A DNA stretch of 63,030 bases, the filler included, from Octopus bimaculoides (Eukaryota): assembly GCF_001194135.2 (NCBI RefSeq). It is 4 parts of 3 records of this genome, joined end to end, with 100 filler letters (N's around TTAATTAATTAA, not from the genome) between each part and the next. Parts side by side here need not be neighbours in the genome. Positions count along the whole stretch, not along the records: positions 28,587 to 56,542 come from NC_068982.1; 3 more parts are not named here. One strand, 5' to 3'. Made by a program: the position numbers and the translations under genes. How positions within the stretch are numbered: position 1 is the first letter of the stretch; each line of letters opens with the position of its first letter. Below the pieces are notes generated by a model that was not told the origin of the DNA, made no database searches, and saw only the letters and a list, made by a program, of their open reading frames with translations. Below, one piece after another: positions 36,741 to 50,557 of this stretch.

Positions 36741-37959
36741 ATCATTCAAATACAAATTCATTGGGAATTAGACATAAACAATGATGTAATTTTTCTGTAG
36801 AAATTCAAAGATTTTCACTAGAGTTTTAAGAAAACTTTCCGCTTTTGCAGAAAAACGGATCTATATGTATGTTTGTATGTTATGTTTTGTTTCTCCTAAG
36901 CTGTTTTATTGAAAAGGACAATGAAATTCCATGGATCTTAAATTCTTGATGCAGTAGCAATAAATGTATGTCATTTTCGGATTCTTTTAGTTAAAAAAAG
37001 CCCCAAGTTCAGGTCCAAATGTTTTGACAACGGAAAAAGAGAAAATTGTTAGCCCGTGTCGTTTTACTCAGGGGTAATACACGGAATATATTTATGACTA
37101 ATCTACTGTGTTTGATTAAAATTGTTTTTACATCCCGGATCTTCGATGATTAACATTGTCTTGTTCCATATCGAAATCTGCTAATTCAATCCGGTATCTG
37201 GTGCGTAATTTGGGGGTTGTTCACTTTTTTTTTTTTGTTTTTATTTTGGTAGTTGGTGAGTTGTTCCTTAGTGCAATTGTTCTAGTGTTGTGGTTGGCTT
37301 TAACATGATTTCATTTAGAAGACGTCTAAACGTTTTGCGGGTAAGTAGTCGTATAGAGAACGAAAACTTTGATACTTTATCCATATGTGGGACTTTCTAT
37401 TTTTTTTTTCTAAGAGCTTCTCTAAGAGTTATAGTCTGCCAATCGCAGTGCATTTCACAAATGCCGACGCTGTACATATTATCCATTCAGTAAATTTTGG
37501 CCTCTTTGTTTACTACAGATGTTATTCCAATATTTCTCACTACTGTTTACAAAAGAAACATATATACATAAGCAGCTATTGACGACGGTAGATTCTGGAA
37601 ATCAAGGACCTTGTGTCCACAATTAAACACAATTAGTCTGAGCTCAAACAAGGTCGATGCCTCAGCGAATGTAATTATGCCAAAATTCTCAACCAATAAA
37701 AAGAGAAGCAAAACTGTGCTGTGCAGGAGACTTCAACGGACAGAAAAGACAGGGAAAGAAATAGAATTAAGGATTCGAGAAAAATCTAAATTGAACGACT
37801 TTAATAATTAGAAGCATGTGAACACGAGAAGTGCGACAAAATTAAAGAAAAACTACGTAACTAATGATGAAAACACTCACTCCACCAAACATAACATACA
37901 TGCAAAAACCGAGCGTGGGAGTTGGTACGGTAAACGAATCAAATTTTACAGGCAAAGTA

Positions 37960-39560
37960 AAAAAACTTCAGACACCTGTTGAAACATTTTACTGAACAAG
38001 AAGGATGGAAACAGTATAAAAACAGGAATCGTTTATATTGCATACTTTGACAAGTTCATTTTCAATTTCTTTCATTGTTTTCAATCTCTTCATCATCGTC
38101 TTCTAGAAGATGGTAATTCTTTAACATATTTGCTTCAGCTTCATGTACATTCTCATTGATATTTTCATATCTGATGCCATTTCTCGTATTTACGCAGCTG
38201 TTGTTCCATATAATGCATCCATAACTAGCTTCTGTAAAGTAAACTGTTGTATTTCGTTTAATCTTGAGTTTGTAAGTCTTTCCTTTCTCATCGTGTTTCT
38301 TCAAACAATTGATATAGTATTGAGGTTTCAGGTATGTATTTCTCTACATGTTATAGATGTCTTCGGTATGATACCTATCTTGTTTTCCCTTGTTTTGCTT
38401 TTCAGTAAATATTACACACAACAAGAAACATATGCTGTAACCATCCCGAATTCGTGTAATTCATTTTTGTTTGGTGTTATTAGATTCCGGTAGTTGATTT
38501 CAAGAAACAAAGGAAAGGAGTTGTCATTCCTTGTAATCGAGATCTTTGTTCCAGTATCACATTTTAGATGCGATCATTTGCGCGACGGCCGATGCCGAGT
38601 TTTGTGTTGTTTGCATTTTATTCTTGCGGATTTGGAGTGTACTGTTAGTGAAATCATACTAGTTTAGGTTACTTCGGCGTAGCTTCTTTTAAATTAAACG
38701 CAAGTACCAGCTCGCTCTATTACAGCATGTTTAAGTAGCTCTTCGCCATTTCTCTAAGTCAGTGTTTATTCACATTTGCTTTCTATTCATGCAGCCAAAC
38801 ATACTTATATGCTCTCTGCCTCCAAACTTTTGCTTCTTGTATAGTTTGACATTTGATTTCGGATCAAGCACTCTATGCATCATTAATATGTTCGCATGTT
38901 TTTATCTAATAAATCTATTTAATCTTTCGTCCGATTCACTATTCCAGCGCTATACCTACGTATTGACCGCATTTATTAAATTACCTGAGTTTAATTTAGA
39001 CGTCGATATATGGCTTCACGTCAATTATTTCAATAATTTCGCTTTTTTTCTTCACTTCTTTTAGTGCATGACATTATCGATGTCCATCATTAACAGGTTC
39101 TAAAATTTATTCTTAAGACAAAACGATTCAAAGAACGGGCTCTCTTCATACTATTCCTGACTAAATTATTTGCGCATTTTGGTGCAGCAAACTCGATTTC
39201 ATCATTGCATCATACCATTATTGTTTTAACATGAAACGATCACCTAATATCTTTAAGTATTTTTAAGTCATCCATGAGCGCCTTTCCCTCTGTTTGTAAG
39301 ATATTGACTCTTCTTACAGTGATAGGTTTCAGCGTGATCGTTTGACGCCAGACAAAATACCAATATTTCGACTTCTGGCCTTGCCTTTCTTCCCTTCGCG
39401 ATCGGTGAAATAAATTCAAGTTGAGCATTGTCATTGATTTGCCTGCTCTCACCAAATTTCATAATTTGTGCCTATAGTATTTCTTTAATGCACGCTTTCA
39501 GTTTATTTTGCTGGATATAATGGAAAGTGTCAACTGTCTACAGCCAGCGGACAAAGGTGA
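37960..39560 (-). mobile_element. R4/Dong-like LINE, old decayed copy (B)
   Basis: RQGQKSKYWYF (FQGDSLSPLWF), LMDDLKIL (YMDD), NDEIEFAAPKCA (DIGMEFGLDKCA), SKLNSGNLINAVNT, MHRVLDPKSNVKLY..FGGR, KKHDEKGK. Confidence 0.75.
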
Positions 39561-39685
39561 CACCTCTTTGCTGGTCATGCCCCAAGAACCCTACAAACAG
39601 TTCTTGCAGTTGCTGAGACTATTATTGAGAGAGTAGTGCATGCTATGAAAGTGACGGGACTTCAAAGTCAATTACCTGGCACTTC

Positions 39686-39686
<1 letters not shown>

Positions 39687-39740
<54 letters not shown>
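39687..39740. repeat. (TAC)18 microsatellite inside the LINE endonuclease motif
   Basis: On the minus strand it reads as 18 GTA codons in frame after RRPDL. Confidence 0.95.
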
Positions 39741-39742
<2 letters not shown>

Positions 39743-41039
39743 AATCAGGCCTTCTATCTCGTATTAATTTGTCATTCTGAATGTTAAAATACATCTTATA
39801 TTTATTGCTCTCTAGCACTTTACTACGTTCATATTCACGCTATTTATTATTATCCCTATGTTATCATTTCTTTTCTTGTATTCCTTCTATGCCAGCTTAC
39901 TTCTTCCACAAACTATATGAGTAATATTTTCTTCGTTTTGATTTACGCGACCAGCATCGTGAATCTGCCTGAGTTTTGTCTTTGGCTTTTATCTAATTAG
40001 TCTTCAATGCGTGGCCTTGTGTTGCTACTAATAAACTTTCTGTTTCCTTCTTCAGCCTTCCGTTCTCCAAACACAATCATGTCTCACTATTACTATTTTC
40101 TGCAACTATCTTTGGAAATCTAGCATGCAAAGTTTTCTTTTGTCGGTCAGACAATCTTGCTTCCTTTGTTCTGTTTTTTAACCTGTTCTTTTTTTCTTTT
40201 TTTTCATTTGGCATTTTTAGTTTCCATATCTCCTACCATTAAACAAGCAGCTCTTAATAAAATTTCCTCACTATAGAGGAGGATATAACTACTCCAGCAA
40301 ACTCCACAGTTTTCTGCTGATATTAAACCTGTACCATGTTCTTTCTAGGTAAATACAATCTTACTACTCCTGTTCTAGGATGAAGCCCTTCATTAATACT
40401 GAAGTCCTTCTTAATGTCTGTACTTAATAATTTAGATTTTGTCCAACGTGCAAAAGCTGCGAAATATCTAAGTATCGATATTACCCAAGTATGTACAGCC
40501 TTCACTAGATTCGGACCATTTAGCTTTGACTTCATTGACTTTCTCATGCTTCTGACGTACATCTTCTAAATTTTCTCTTTCATTTCTATAGTTAGTACTC
40601 TGCTAGATTCTGATGCTTCTAGATACTTATAACTTTCTCTTTCTTTCAGTGATTTTAACGTCTGGCTATCTGAATGCCTTCACGGCTGACTACCTGTCCA
40701 TTTTAATGACTAATATTACGCGCTTATCTATGCCAAATTTCATGTCTCTATCTTCCTTGAAGAGTATAACAGTTTGCATTAAAGAATCTATCTCTATTTT
40801 ATACTTACAAAAAGTCATCAGATCATCCATGCAGAGAACATGGTTAATTTTCCCTTCACTATCTATAAATTGGCACCCTGTCTTTATCTTTCTTAATACT
40901 AAACTACTGGAGATGATACATAACACAAATATTAAAGTGGATAAGAGACTTCCCGAAAATTTCCCCTCTTGATATTAACTTTCTCTGAGACTGTTTCACC
41001 CGAGTAAACACGTACTTTTGATTTCGTCATGCTATAACT

Positions 41040-41100
41040 CAGTGGTTCCCAACCTGCGGTCTGCAAAGGTGGTACTGTGGGTCCATGAACTAAATTCACA
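41040..41100 (+). mobile_element. hAT/Charlie-like MITE end inserted in the LINE
   Basis: CAGTGGTTCCCAACCTG is the typical Charlie-type TIR; the other end is not seen and a (TA)n run follows. Confidence 0.55.
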
Positions 41101-41102
41101 CT

Positions 41103-41144
<42 letters not shown>

Positions 41145-42604
41145 CTATATATACTATTCTTATTTTTTTCTTTCTAGATTTTACTGCTTTTAGATCTGCA
41201 TTGTCAATAGACCATGCGTTCCTCTAGCCTTCTTCCTGCAACCTTTCTCTTCTTTTCTAAGTAAACTTTAGCAGTCAGTGTGCTCGTAATTTTTTTTCTA
41301 AAAGAATTCTTCGTAACAGCTTCCACACCAATTGTAAGTGATTGTTCTATAACTCCCAGTTGTATTTCCCTTGCAGTTGCCTTTAATAAGGCGCACTCTT
41401 CTCCCCCAGGTTATCCAATTACGTATCACTTCCCCATTCAGGCAATCCTAAAGTTGTTCCTTCAGTCTCCTAGGTAAACTTTAAACATTTTTTAACCAGT
41501 ACCCTTGAACTAAATCTCGTACTGGGCATTTCCAGTTCAGCATTCTTCCTAAGTCTACACTCATTAATACTCTTGTTAGTCTTAGATCTGGTTGCTTCGC
41601 ACAAACTTCTTTTTCCATCACTTTCTTTAACCATGCTGCATTAACTGGTCTATCCCAAATATCATTCCAGAATTTTCTAGCTTCTTCTGCATTAGGCTTC
41701 TCATATTCAGTAGTTTTTTCTACGCTATTTGGTGATGAAATCTACTCAGCTCTGTCTCAAAGGATCTGTTCTGTTTGTACTGATCTATTCTTCCGTGTTA
41801 TGTGGATACCTTACCTACTATTGTTGTGATACGCTGTTTCAGCTGTTCTATGTCTATTCGAAATCCTTTTTCTTTGACTAAGTATTTTTTCTGAAGAAAA
41901 GATTTAAATCTTGTGTTTCCTAACTAGCTTTCTTTCCAGGTTTCTATTCAACTCAGATCTGGTCTTAACGTGTTCACTTTATTTTCTCTTCTCCAAATAA
42001 CAGTTAACTGGTTAAGTTAACGTACAAATGGATGAGCACTCCACATACACGCACCGATTCGTCATCTTCACCATTCTCATCATTTTGTTAACGGGTACAT
42101 ATATTTGTCTCTGCCAGACATTAGACGCAGTATTTAGACACATAAGTAGTGCTTTTTTCTAGACTATTTTTATAAGTGGCTTATGGAAATTTATCAAAAG
42201 AATTCTTCGGATATATTACTATTCATAAGATCTTGCTATAATCGACACTAACCCTAATAACAATTACAATTGTTCGATACGCAGTATGAGACCTCTCCAC
42301 GGAAAAGTTTTCAGTAACAATTAATATACTGCACTACTATAAATATGAATGAAACTTTTCTATATATTGGCCTAATGCCAAAGTTTCCGAAAGATTCTAT
42401 TATCATTCATTCAGACATCCAGCCAAAATACTTTACACATTCATATTTTCTCTTTTCTCTCTGGAGAACTAAAATACAGACTTTAACACTTCGTGAAAAT
42501 ATTTTGTCTTTCGTTAACCTTTATAGCTGTAATAATAGTTTGTTGCAAAATTTGCGATTTTTAAATATTTCAAAAGATTAAAATATTTTCACGTTGACTA
42601 TATT

Positions 42605-43150
42605 TTAGCTAGTACGTGGGCTGCACTCATGGCAATACTTTTCTGTTGTTCTGATAAATCTGGATTTCCTGTTCCTGGTTCATAGTATTTAAGTGCGTCA
42701 TCTGCTATCCCCATAGTTCCGAGGATCACAGGTACACCTTTCATTCTTAGATACCACATTTTGAGGCATATATTTCAAGGTCCCTGTATTTACTTAATCT
42801 GCCTTGGGTGATGTATGTGGTACATTGTGAGAAGGGTGCCTATTTTTTAATATCAATTATACTTATCTTATTTACTGACCTTTTAATGATATTAAATCGT
42901 AGAGCACAAGAAGTATAGCCATGGTATTGATGGCATCAATTCTGTTTGCGTATTAAGTTCGTATTTTGCAGCTTTAAATCTACACTCTTTCCTTATTTTC
43001 TTGTGCATTTGCAGTTGTTAGTTGCCATACCCCGTCACACGTCAAAATATTTGTAGTTTTTTTCGCGACTTAATTCCATGATTTATGAAAGCCTTGTCTA
43101 GCGGCTTATTGTAGGGCTCCATGAATTTTCTTTTAAAGACTTGCTCTAAC
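42605..43150 (-). mobile_element. R4/Dong-like LINE C-terminal remnant (C)
   Basis: LSKYRDLEI..MWYLRMKGVPVILGTMG..QQKSIAMSAAHVL matches the RLE tail; KIHGAL lies upstream. Confidence 0.7.
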
Positions 43151-44156
43151 ACCATTATCAAGGCCAAATTTCATTTCAATTTTTAATATCATTGTTATTG
43201 TTGCTGATGCTCTGTCATTATACTGCAGTTTCTTGTAATCCAGATCTCTACTGCCTTTCAGTCACACAGTTTAAAAATATACTAAACACTTATTATGTAA
43301 TCACACCAGTCCGTTCATCAATAGTAATAATAACACTAGTCTGTTGGTCTTGCAGGTTTATGATGTCTTTTGATATGCTTGTTGATTATTTTATAGCTTA
43401 TGAACTAATTTGTACATATTTATGAATTTATAGATTTTGTAATGAAATGTATACACATTCGTTTAAATATGCATATTTCATTATAACTTTATATTTTGCA
43501 TTGTGCATTTCGGTTTATGGCTGAAGCCTATACATATTTGCACTCGCTTTCTTTTCGGAAGCTTTGTATATAATAAGCTATATTAATAACCTGCCAATGT
43601 TATTAATATTTTGTATCTACATCTGTCCTCGTATATTTCTGATAAACTGGTTCTAAATCTAATTAATTTTCTGCATAATATTTTACTTAGGCAGTCAGAG
43701 CTATCTCTCCTTTATTATTAGCTAATGCTATTTACCTTATCTTCAGAAGCCCTTCTTTTATATTAACTGCTTAGAAATTTCTCTCAGCTTCATTTTTCTA
43801 TAAGAAAATATCTTAAAGTTTACTAAGAACAAAATTCTTCACGTTGTTTTATATAGAGAAAGCTTCCTCCCANNNNNNNNNNTTTCTAAGTTACTGAGAC
43901 AGAGCGACTATGGAAGTCTCTTACTACAATAATAACTATATTATATATATGTGGGTTCGATTTGGACCTGGGTTAGCTCGTAATGTTTTCATTCAATAGT
44001 TTATAAATCGGACTATATATATATATTATTATTATGATATATTATTATTAATATATATGATGTATATATTCATACATGCAAGCACATGTGCACACCATAC
44101 ATACGAACACATGTACACGCATGCGCGCACATATGTACGTACCTGTATATATATAT

Positions 44157-44198
<42 letters not shown>

Positions 44199-47100
44199 NN
44201 NNNNNNNNNNNNNNNNNNNNNNNNNNNNNNNNNNNNNNNNNNNNNNNNNNNNNNNNNNNNNNNNNNNNNNNNNNNNNNNNNNNNNNNNNNNNNNNNNNNN
44301 NNNNNNNNNNNNNNNNNNNNNNNNNNNNNNNNNNNNNNNNNNNNNNNNNNNNNNNNNNNNNNNNNNNNNNNNNNNNNNNNNNNNNNNNNNNNNNNNNNNN
44401 NNNNNNNNNNNNNNNNNNNNNNNNNNNNNNNNNNNNNNNNNNNNNNNNNNNNNNNNNNNNNNNNNNNNNNNNNNNNNNNNNNNNNNNNNNNNNNNNNNNN
44501 NNNNNNNNNNNNNNNNNNNNNNNNNNNNNNNNNNNNNNNNNNNNNNNNNNNNNNNNNNNNNNNATATATATATATATACATCAGCATCTTTTAAATATCG
44601 ATGTTGAACAGCATAAATAGTTTTTGAAAACAAAATAAACCATAACAAGAGAACAATATTCACCAACTGTTTTTGTACATGGTAAGTGTTATAGGATAAA
44701 GGCACAGGCTTTCCTGTATATTGAACTGCTTAATACATAACGGTCATATTCAGGTAAAAACAAATCTAATTTATGGAAAACAAAATATTCGTCAATCAAT
44801 GCATGAAATCAGTATGAACATGCATCATAATATAACTGAACTAATGAAAATTTAAGGGATCAATGTAATATATTATTCATATTGTGATATATGATATATT
44901 CACATATTTTGCAAACTGGGAATTTAGGACAGAAAACTTAATGATCACAGCATACAGCAATCAGTCATTTTATCTATGTATGTTCTTTTCTATTATAATC
45001 TGAATATGCATGTACGAAAATAGCATACATACAGGAAGATACCATTTTCTACACGAGTCGAAGTATCAGTAAAAGAGCGTTTGAAAATTAACTTGGAGAC
45101 TATTAAGTAGTTAATTTACATTGTCATAATCAGAGGCACAATTTTGTAGTTTTCAAAAATACCGTGAGTTGGAATAAGCGGGAGCTATGCCGTAGTAGTC
45201 TCGACGAAGATTGAAGTTCTGAAATTTGCACCTTTTTATGGAGAGATTCTATCTCAAGTGTACCATCAGTTGAAGTACATTTTGATTAGTTGAAGGTGAC
45301 CCTGAAACCAGAGATTCATATGACTCTTCGTGTGATATTTGTACCGAAAGTTAAGACTATATTAGAGAGGTGAATGTATTAAGTGACAACAAGGTAACGA
45401 TTGTGCGTTATGTGTACGTATTTGATCAATGAATGCATGAACGTTAACTGTATCAATGTCAAGGCTGTGGTAATCCAATGAGTGTGCTATGTAACAGCAT
45501 AGACAATAGTTCGTCAGAATGGCAAAAATACAGAAATAGCTTACAATATTTGTCTATATGGTGATCTATTTATTGGTATATAGAGAATGTAAACTACAGT
45601 AGAGAAAATATCTGTGTTCGATATGTTGTCAAATGAGTGGTTTGTATACAGTTATTTGTCGGCGTTTGAACTGTTCACTTAGCTGACTCTACCTGGTATT
45701 AAGATTTCATATTTCTTGTCAATAGATAGGAAAATATTCGCATGCCTTATGTTACAATCATTATATTTAATAGCATAACTGATATTCTTCAGGGACAGGC
45801 GCAGTGAATATATATGTTTTGATTCAAATTTATAAGATATGCCTTTTATAATGTTGATGCCGGTTCTGCAGTGTAGATGAAAATTGTTTTTACATTTAGT
45901 TTTGTTCACAGGGAAATTTTTATTTCTATTACTTTTGAGCATTTTGTGTATTTCTAGTAGGGTTTTTTTTTTTTTGCGGGGACAAGAATGTTGTTTCTTG
46001 GAACTTGCTTTAATAGAATATTATGCGGAATAACGTTGTACGTTTCTATATTTCTTAGGTTGTGTAGTGTGACATAAGGGAAAGTTTTTGATGTATTTGA
46101 TTTTGTTTTGTCCCTCTTAATTCTTGAATGTTTGTTGATTTAGCATGTTCTATTCAGTTACAACAACTATTATTGGATACTTTAGAAAAGCAGAACGTTT
46201 TATTTTATGAAGTTTTTTATTTCACGTATCACAAATCGAAATGGCTGACTCTATTTTTTGTAATAGATTAAACGTAAATAGTAAACATTGTCAGATTCTC
46301 TAGAGTATAAGTTTTCAAGTTTGTGTCTATTTATATGCTTACAATATTGAGGAAGAGTATTTGATATTGATTGCACTCCAACAGTAGTCATGTCATTTTA
46401 CGCAAATAGTTAACAAAATCTTGTTTGACGAAACCAAAAATATGTACGAAATTGATATTACACTTATAAAAGGCAACTGTCCAGCAATACCAATAATCCC
46501 TGTAAGAAAAACAACTCTGGCACTTACTACGTTACTAATTTAAATGCAAAACATGTATTAATCTGAAAATAGTCAATACTGTAGAAACTTAAATAAACCA
46601 TACTTATTTTCTAATGATCATTTAAATCATTTTCTTGCCAACGGCAAATGTAAATAAATGATATCCAAGCAAAAGTGAAATTAATAAGACAATTAAATGT
46701 ATTTTAGATTGCTTCATTTTAAACCTTAGACAGGTCACTTCTCTTCGTAGTAAAATAATCATTTATTAATTATCAAATCGTTCAGAAACATGGAAAATAA
46801 CCACGTTTATTTCTAAATTTATACAGTTTAATATAAAAGAGTGTTATTAATTTATAACTAAATATTGCATGGAAAAGCTTTAGGAATCGGTAAGTTTTGT
46901 TCCAATGAGGGATTCTGATGTGTATTACTATACACGCTAGGAAATGTTTATTAATTTTCAAATATTTTTGTGGAGTTATGTTCTTTAAATTAGCTCTGGA
47001 AATTGTACGATAAAACAGAAAATTTTAGATTGATATGATATTACATCTTGGACTTAGTACTGAAACGTTTCTATTCGGCCAATGTTGGTCTTTATCGCAA

Positions 47101-49175
47101 TAATGGATTACTTCCATTGTGAAATATGTATAGCTACATATGGATACTGTCACAGAGGTGTTCATCAGCACAAAACTTAATGTATGCACGGTTTAATTGC
47201 TCATTTATGGTAAACGAATGGAAATTGTAGTATATTAATATTCATTATAAACATTATAAACCAACAATGATAAAATACGTAGTTAACAATTTTGGCAAAG
47301 ACATAAACTTTATACAATAACAATATATCATTTAATCCTGCTACTCGTTAATATAATGATGCATTTAAAGGGACTAGCTTCAAAGAGGATATATTACACT
47401 AACAGTCATAAAGCTAAATATAGCAAACAAAATACAATATTGTACAGGCCTCTTTATGATGTAAACGGCCGTTTCTAAACCTTAAGTTGTATACAATTGC
47501 TGTTTCTAGTGACAGAGTAAACGAAAAGACAATCAGCTACAAACACGCAGAAGTATCCTCCTAGCATTTCCCATATTAGCGGTTTGTGTCTTTCTAAAGT
47601 ATTAGCCTATTGAGTTAAGCTACCATGTGAATGGACAGTGAAATAAAAGTTATGTAGAGATTACTGAATGTACGATATATATATTTGCCAGGAATTCAGA
47701 AAAGCAACTTATTTTCTAACTCTGCAAATATATCTGTACTTCAAACGATAGTAATATGAATGGTTATAAGAAAACGACTATTAAAGAGCGGACATCCATC
47801 CCTCTATATTACCGGTTCCGAAAGATGTGGACTTTCTTTTCCTGAGGAGAATAGCCTCCTGACACAGGTTTTTGGAATTTTGACGAAAATATTGGATTTG
47901 GTGAATTATTGCGGGCATTTCCATTGATATTTATTGAAGAATTCCAGTCATCAAGTGGTTAAATTAGGTTATGTCACAATTAAAAGATTTAGCATACATT
48001 GAAAGAAAATCTTATAATGATGAGATACATTCAGCTATTCATTAACAATAAAATTTCAAGTATACCATCTATTTTCATTGCTTCTGTGCACATTACACAG
48101 TTTTACTGAAGACATGTATGTATGTACAAACACATATGTGTGTGTGTTTGCGAGTGCGTGTGTGTGCGTGTGTATGTATGTGTGTGTAATTCTGTATATG
48201 TAGGATGTGAAGGGAATGATTCGTTTGGGTACAATAGAAATTACTTTAAGTGATACCTTTTATCGCAGTAATTATGGTAACTAGAATTGTATTTGCATAG
48301 CAAAAGGAATGTCATTAATGTATTTAATCAGAAAATAATTACCTAATTATTCAAAATATCTTCAGGCTATTCACTGATACGATTTATTTTTCGTGCTGAT
48401 GATTGAAATTCTTTATTTTAGTGACATGATTACTTGTTATAATGTCGTTTGTTTCATTTGTTAAAATATTTCTCAGCTACTTTTTCAAATTTCTTATTAT
48501 TATAGAAAATTAATTGTTTGTTTATGCTCAGTAGAAAAATATTTCCGATAAATCTGTTGTCACATCCAATTCATGGCTATATGTTCTGATTTATATTTCT
48601 GTTGTAGCTACTTCAGTACGTTTTTTTCAGCTGTTTGTTTGAAATTAAGTTTCATTTTTTTCCCTTTATTCTTTCAATCATAAATATACTGTTCTCCTAT
48701 CAAAGATAAAAGATTTTCGTATTTCGCTATTAGAAGAAAAAAAAAAAGAAATTCAAAATATGTTGGCTGTGATAAAATTGACTGTTGGTTTACGAAGTGA
48801 AACATTTGCTATGTTTTACAAGTATGGTGCAGATGGAAAAAAATGCGTAACACTTTTTCTGAGAAAATTTAATTAGATTTCCTAGCATTTTTAGTCAAAT
48901 AGAAGAGAAATTGATTAGCAGATATTATATATCATTATTGATCTCGAAAATACTAACTTTTCGGCATAGGCTCAAGGCAAATGTTTGCAATTTTAGTTGA
49001 CTGAATAGAATCAAGTGGATTAGCGTTGCTCATTTTACCAGCACCGAATGTGAATGAAATTTGAGGTAGGTTTTCAATATTGCAATTGTTCCCAACTACA
49101 TGGTTCCAGTTTCAGTCCCTAGTACGCATGAATCAAGCACTGTCGAATCCGAAGGGTTGTGCGCACCGGGCGCGC

Positions 49176-49211
<36 letters not shown>

Positions 49212-49221
49212 TTGTTGCGTC

Positions 49222-49257
<36 letters not shown>

Positions 49258-49604
49258 CGAAAATAGACGGAAATATATATTTATGTAGTATCAAGAGAGT
49301 TTAAGTATGTATTAACTAAATTTGACTGAAATTGATGGGTGAGCGTTTGGTCAATCAGATTCGCAAGGACCCACGAAAGCGTCGATTNNNNNNNNNNNNN
49401 NNNNNNNNNNNNNNNNNNNNNNNNNNNNNNNNNNNNNNNNNNNNNNNNNNNNNNNNNNNNNNNNNNNNNNNNNNNNNNNNNNNNNNNNNNNNNNNNNNNN
49501 NNNNNNNNNNNNNNNNNNNNNNNNNNNNNNNNNNNNNNNNNNNNNNNNNNNNNNNNNNNNNNNNNNNNNNNNNNNNNATATATATATATATATATATATA
49601 TATA

Positions 49605-49875
49605 AACGACGGGCTACTTTCAGTTTCTGTCTATCAAGTCCAATCACAAGTATTTTGTCAGCCCAAGGCTATAGAAAAAGGCACTTGAATGTGTCTTTGT
49701 GTCTGTGTTTATGTCTACTAAACTTAAAGGTTTGGCAAAACAGACTGATGGAATAAGTACCAGGCTTACAAAGAATAACTCCTGGGGTCGATCTCTTCGA
49801 CTAATAGAAGCTTTTCATGCGATGCTCCACAATGGCCGCTGTCAAATGACAGAAACAAGTAAAAGAATAAAAGAA
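49605..49875. mobile_element. Family A body fragment (-, 49605-49690) abutting family B module (+, 49705-49875)
   Basis: GACGGGCTACTTTCAGTTTC..GCCCAAGGCTATAG; then ATAAGTACCAGGCTTACAAAGAATAACTCCTGGGGTCGAT. Confidence 0.7.
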
Positions 49876-50496
49876 CTCTTTCAACGATTTTTAAATATAG
49901 ATACCATAGACAGATGAAATTACATCAGGGAATATGGTATAGCTACTATAGAAATTAACGCGAGACTGATCTGTTAATGAAGTAATCAACATAAGAATAC
50001 TATTAGAGTAAGAATGAAAGCAATTATCGTAATATGTTTGAGTAAAGAAGAAACTGGATACGAAGAATTTTGAAACCTAAAGAAAACATAACGCAGTTTT
50101 ACGGTAATTAGTTACGAATACTTTATTAAAAATGTTGAAGCATGAACTAACACAGAGTACAGAAAATTAGAGATGATATTGCCTGGAAGGCAGGTTAAAA
50201 TTATAAACATTGAAGCAGATCTAGTCCACTTTGAAAATATGCCACATCATTTATAAGCATAACTTCTGAATATGGGCGGCAGTTTTTGTTAATTTGTTTG
50301 AAAGCAAAAGCTGGATGTGATATAAGGTGTGTTGTTTTCTTCACTAGGAAGAATTCCTGGACCGACTTAAATATTATTACATGAGAACGTTTTTTTCTTT
50401 TTCTTTCACGACTCTATTTCACTTACTCTCTTTCTCCACTGCTATCCCTCTCTCTAATTCTCTGGCTCTCTCTCTTTCAGCTTCTCTGTCCGTCTG

Positions 50497-50557
<61 letters not shown>

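Larger units (their letters stand above)
39621..42000 (-). mobile_element. R4/Dong-like LINE, largest copy (A): N-terminal region, RT, CCHC, RLE, 3' terminus
   Basis: QYKQNRSF; PNAEEARKFWNDIW; WKLL..KGCRKKARGT; INHVLCMDDL; KSKLNGPNLVKAVHTW; GLHPRTGVVRLYLPRK; LKKETESLLVATQ; THIVCG..KEYKKRND; FNIQNDKLIRDRRPDL(V)n..KCQVIDFEVP; ends CTCTCAATAAT. Confidence 0.9.

Noticed and set aside
37690-37760. CAGDFNG, an APE endonuclease-like motif on the plus strand
   Set aside because: Isolated motif amid stops; insufficient to call an element.
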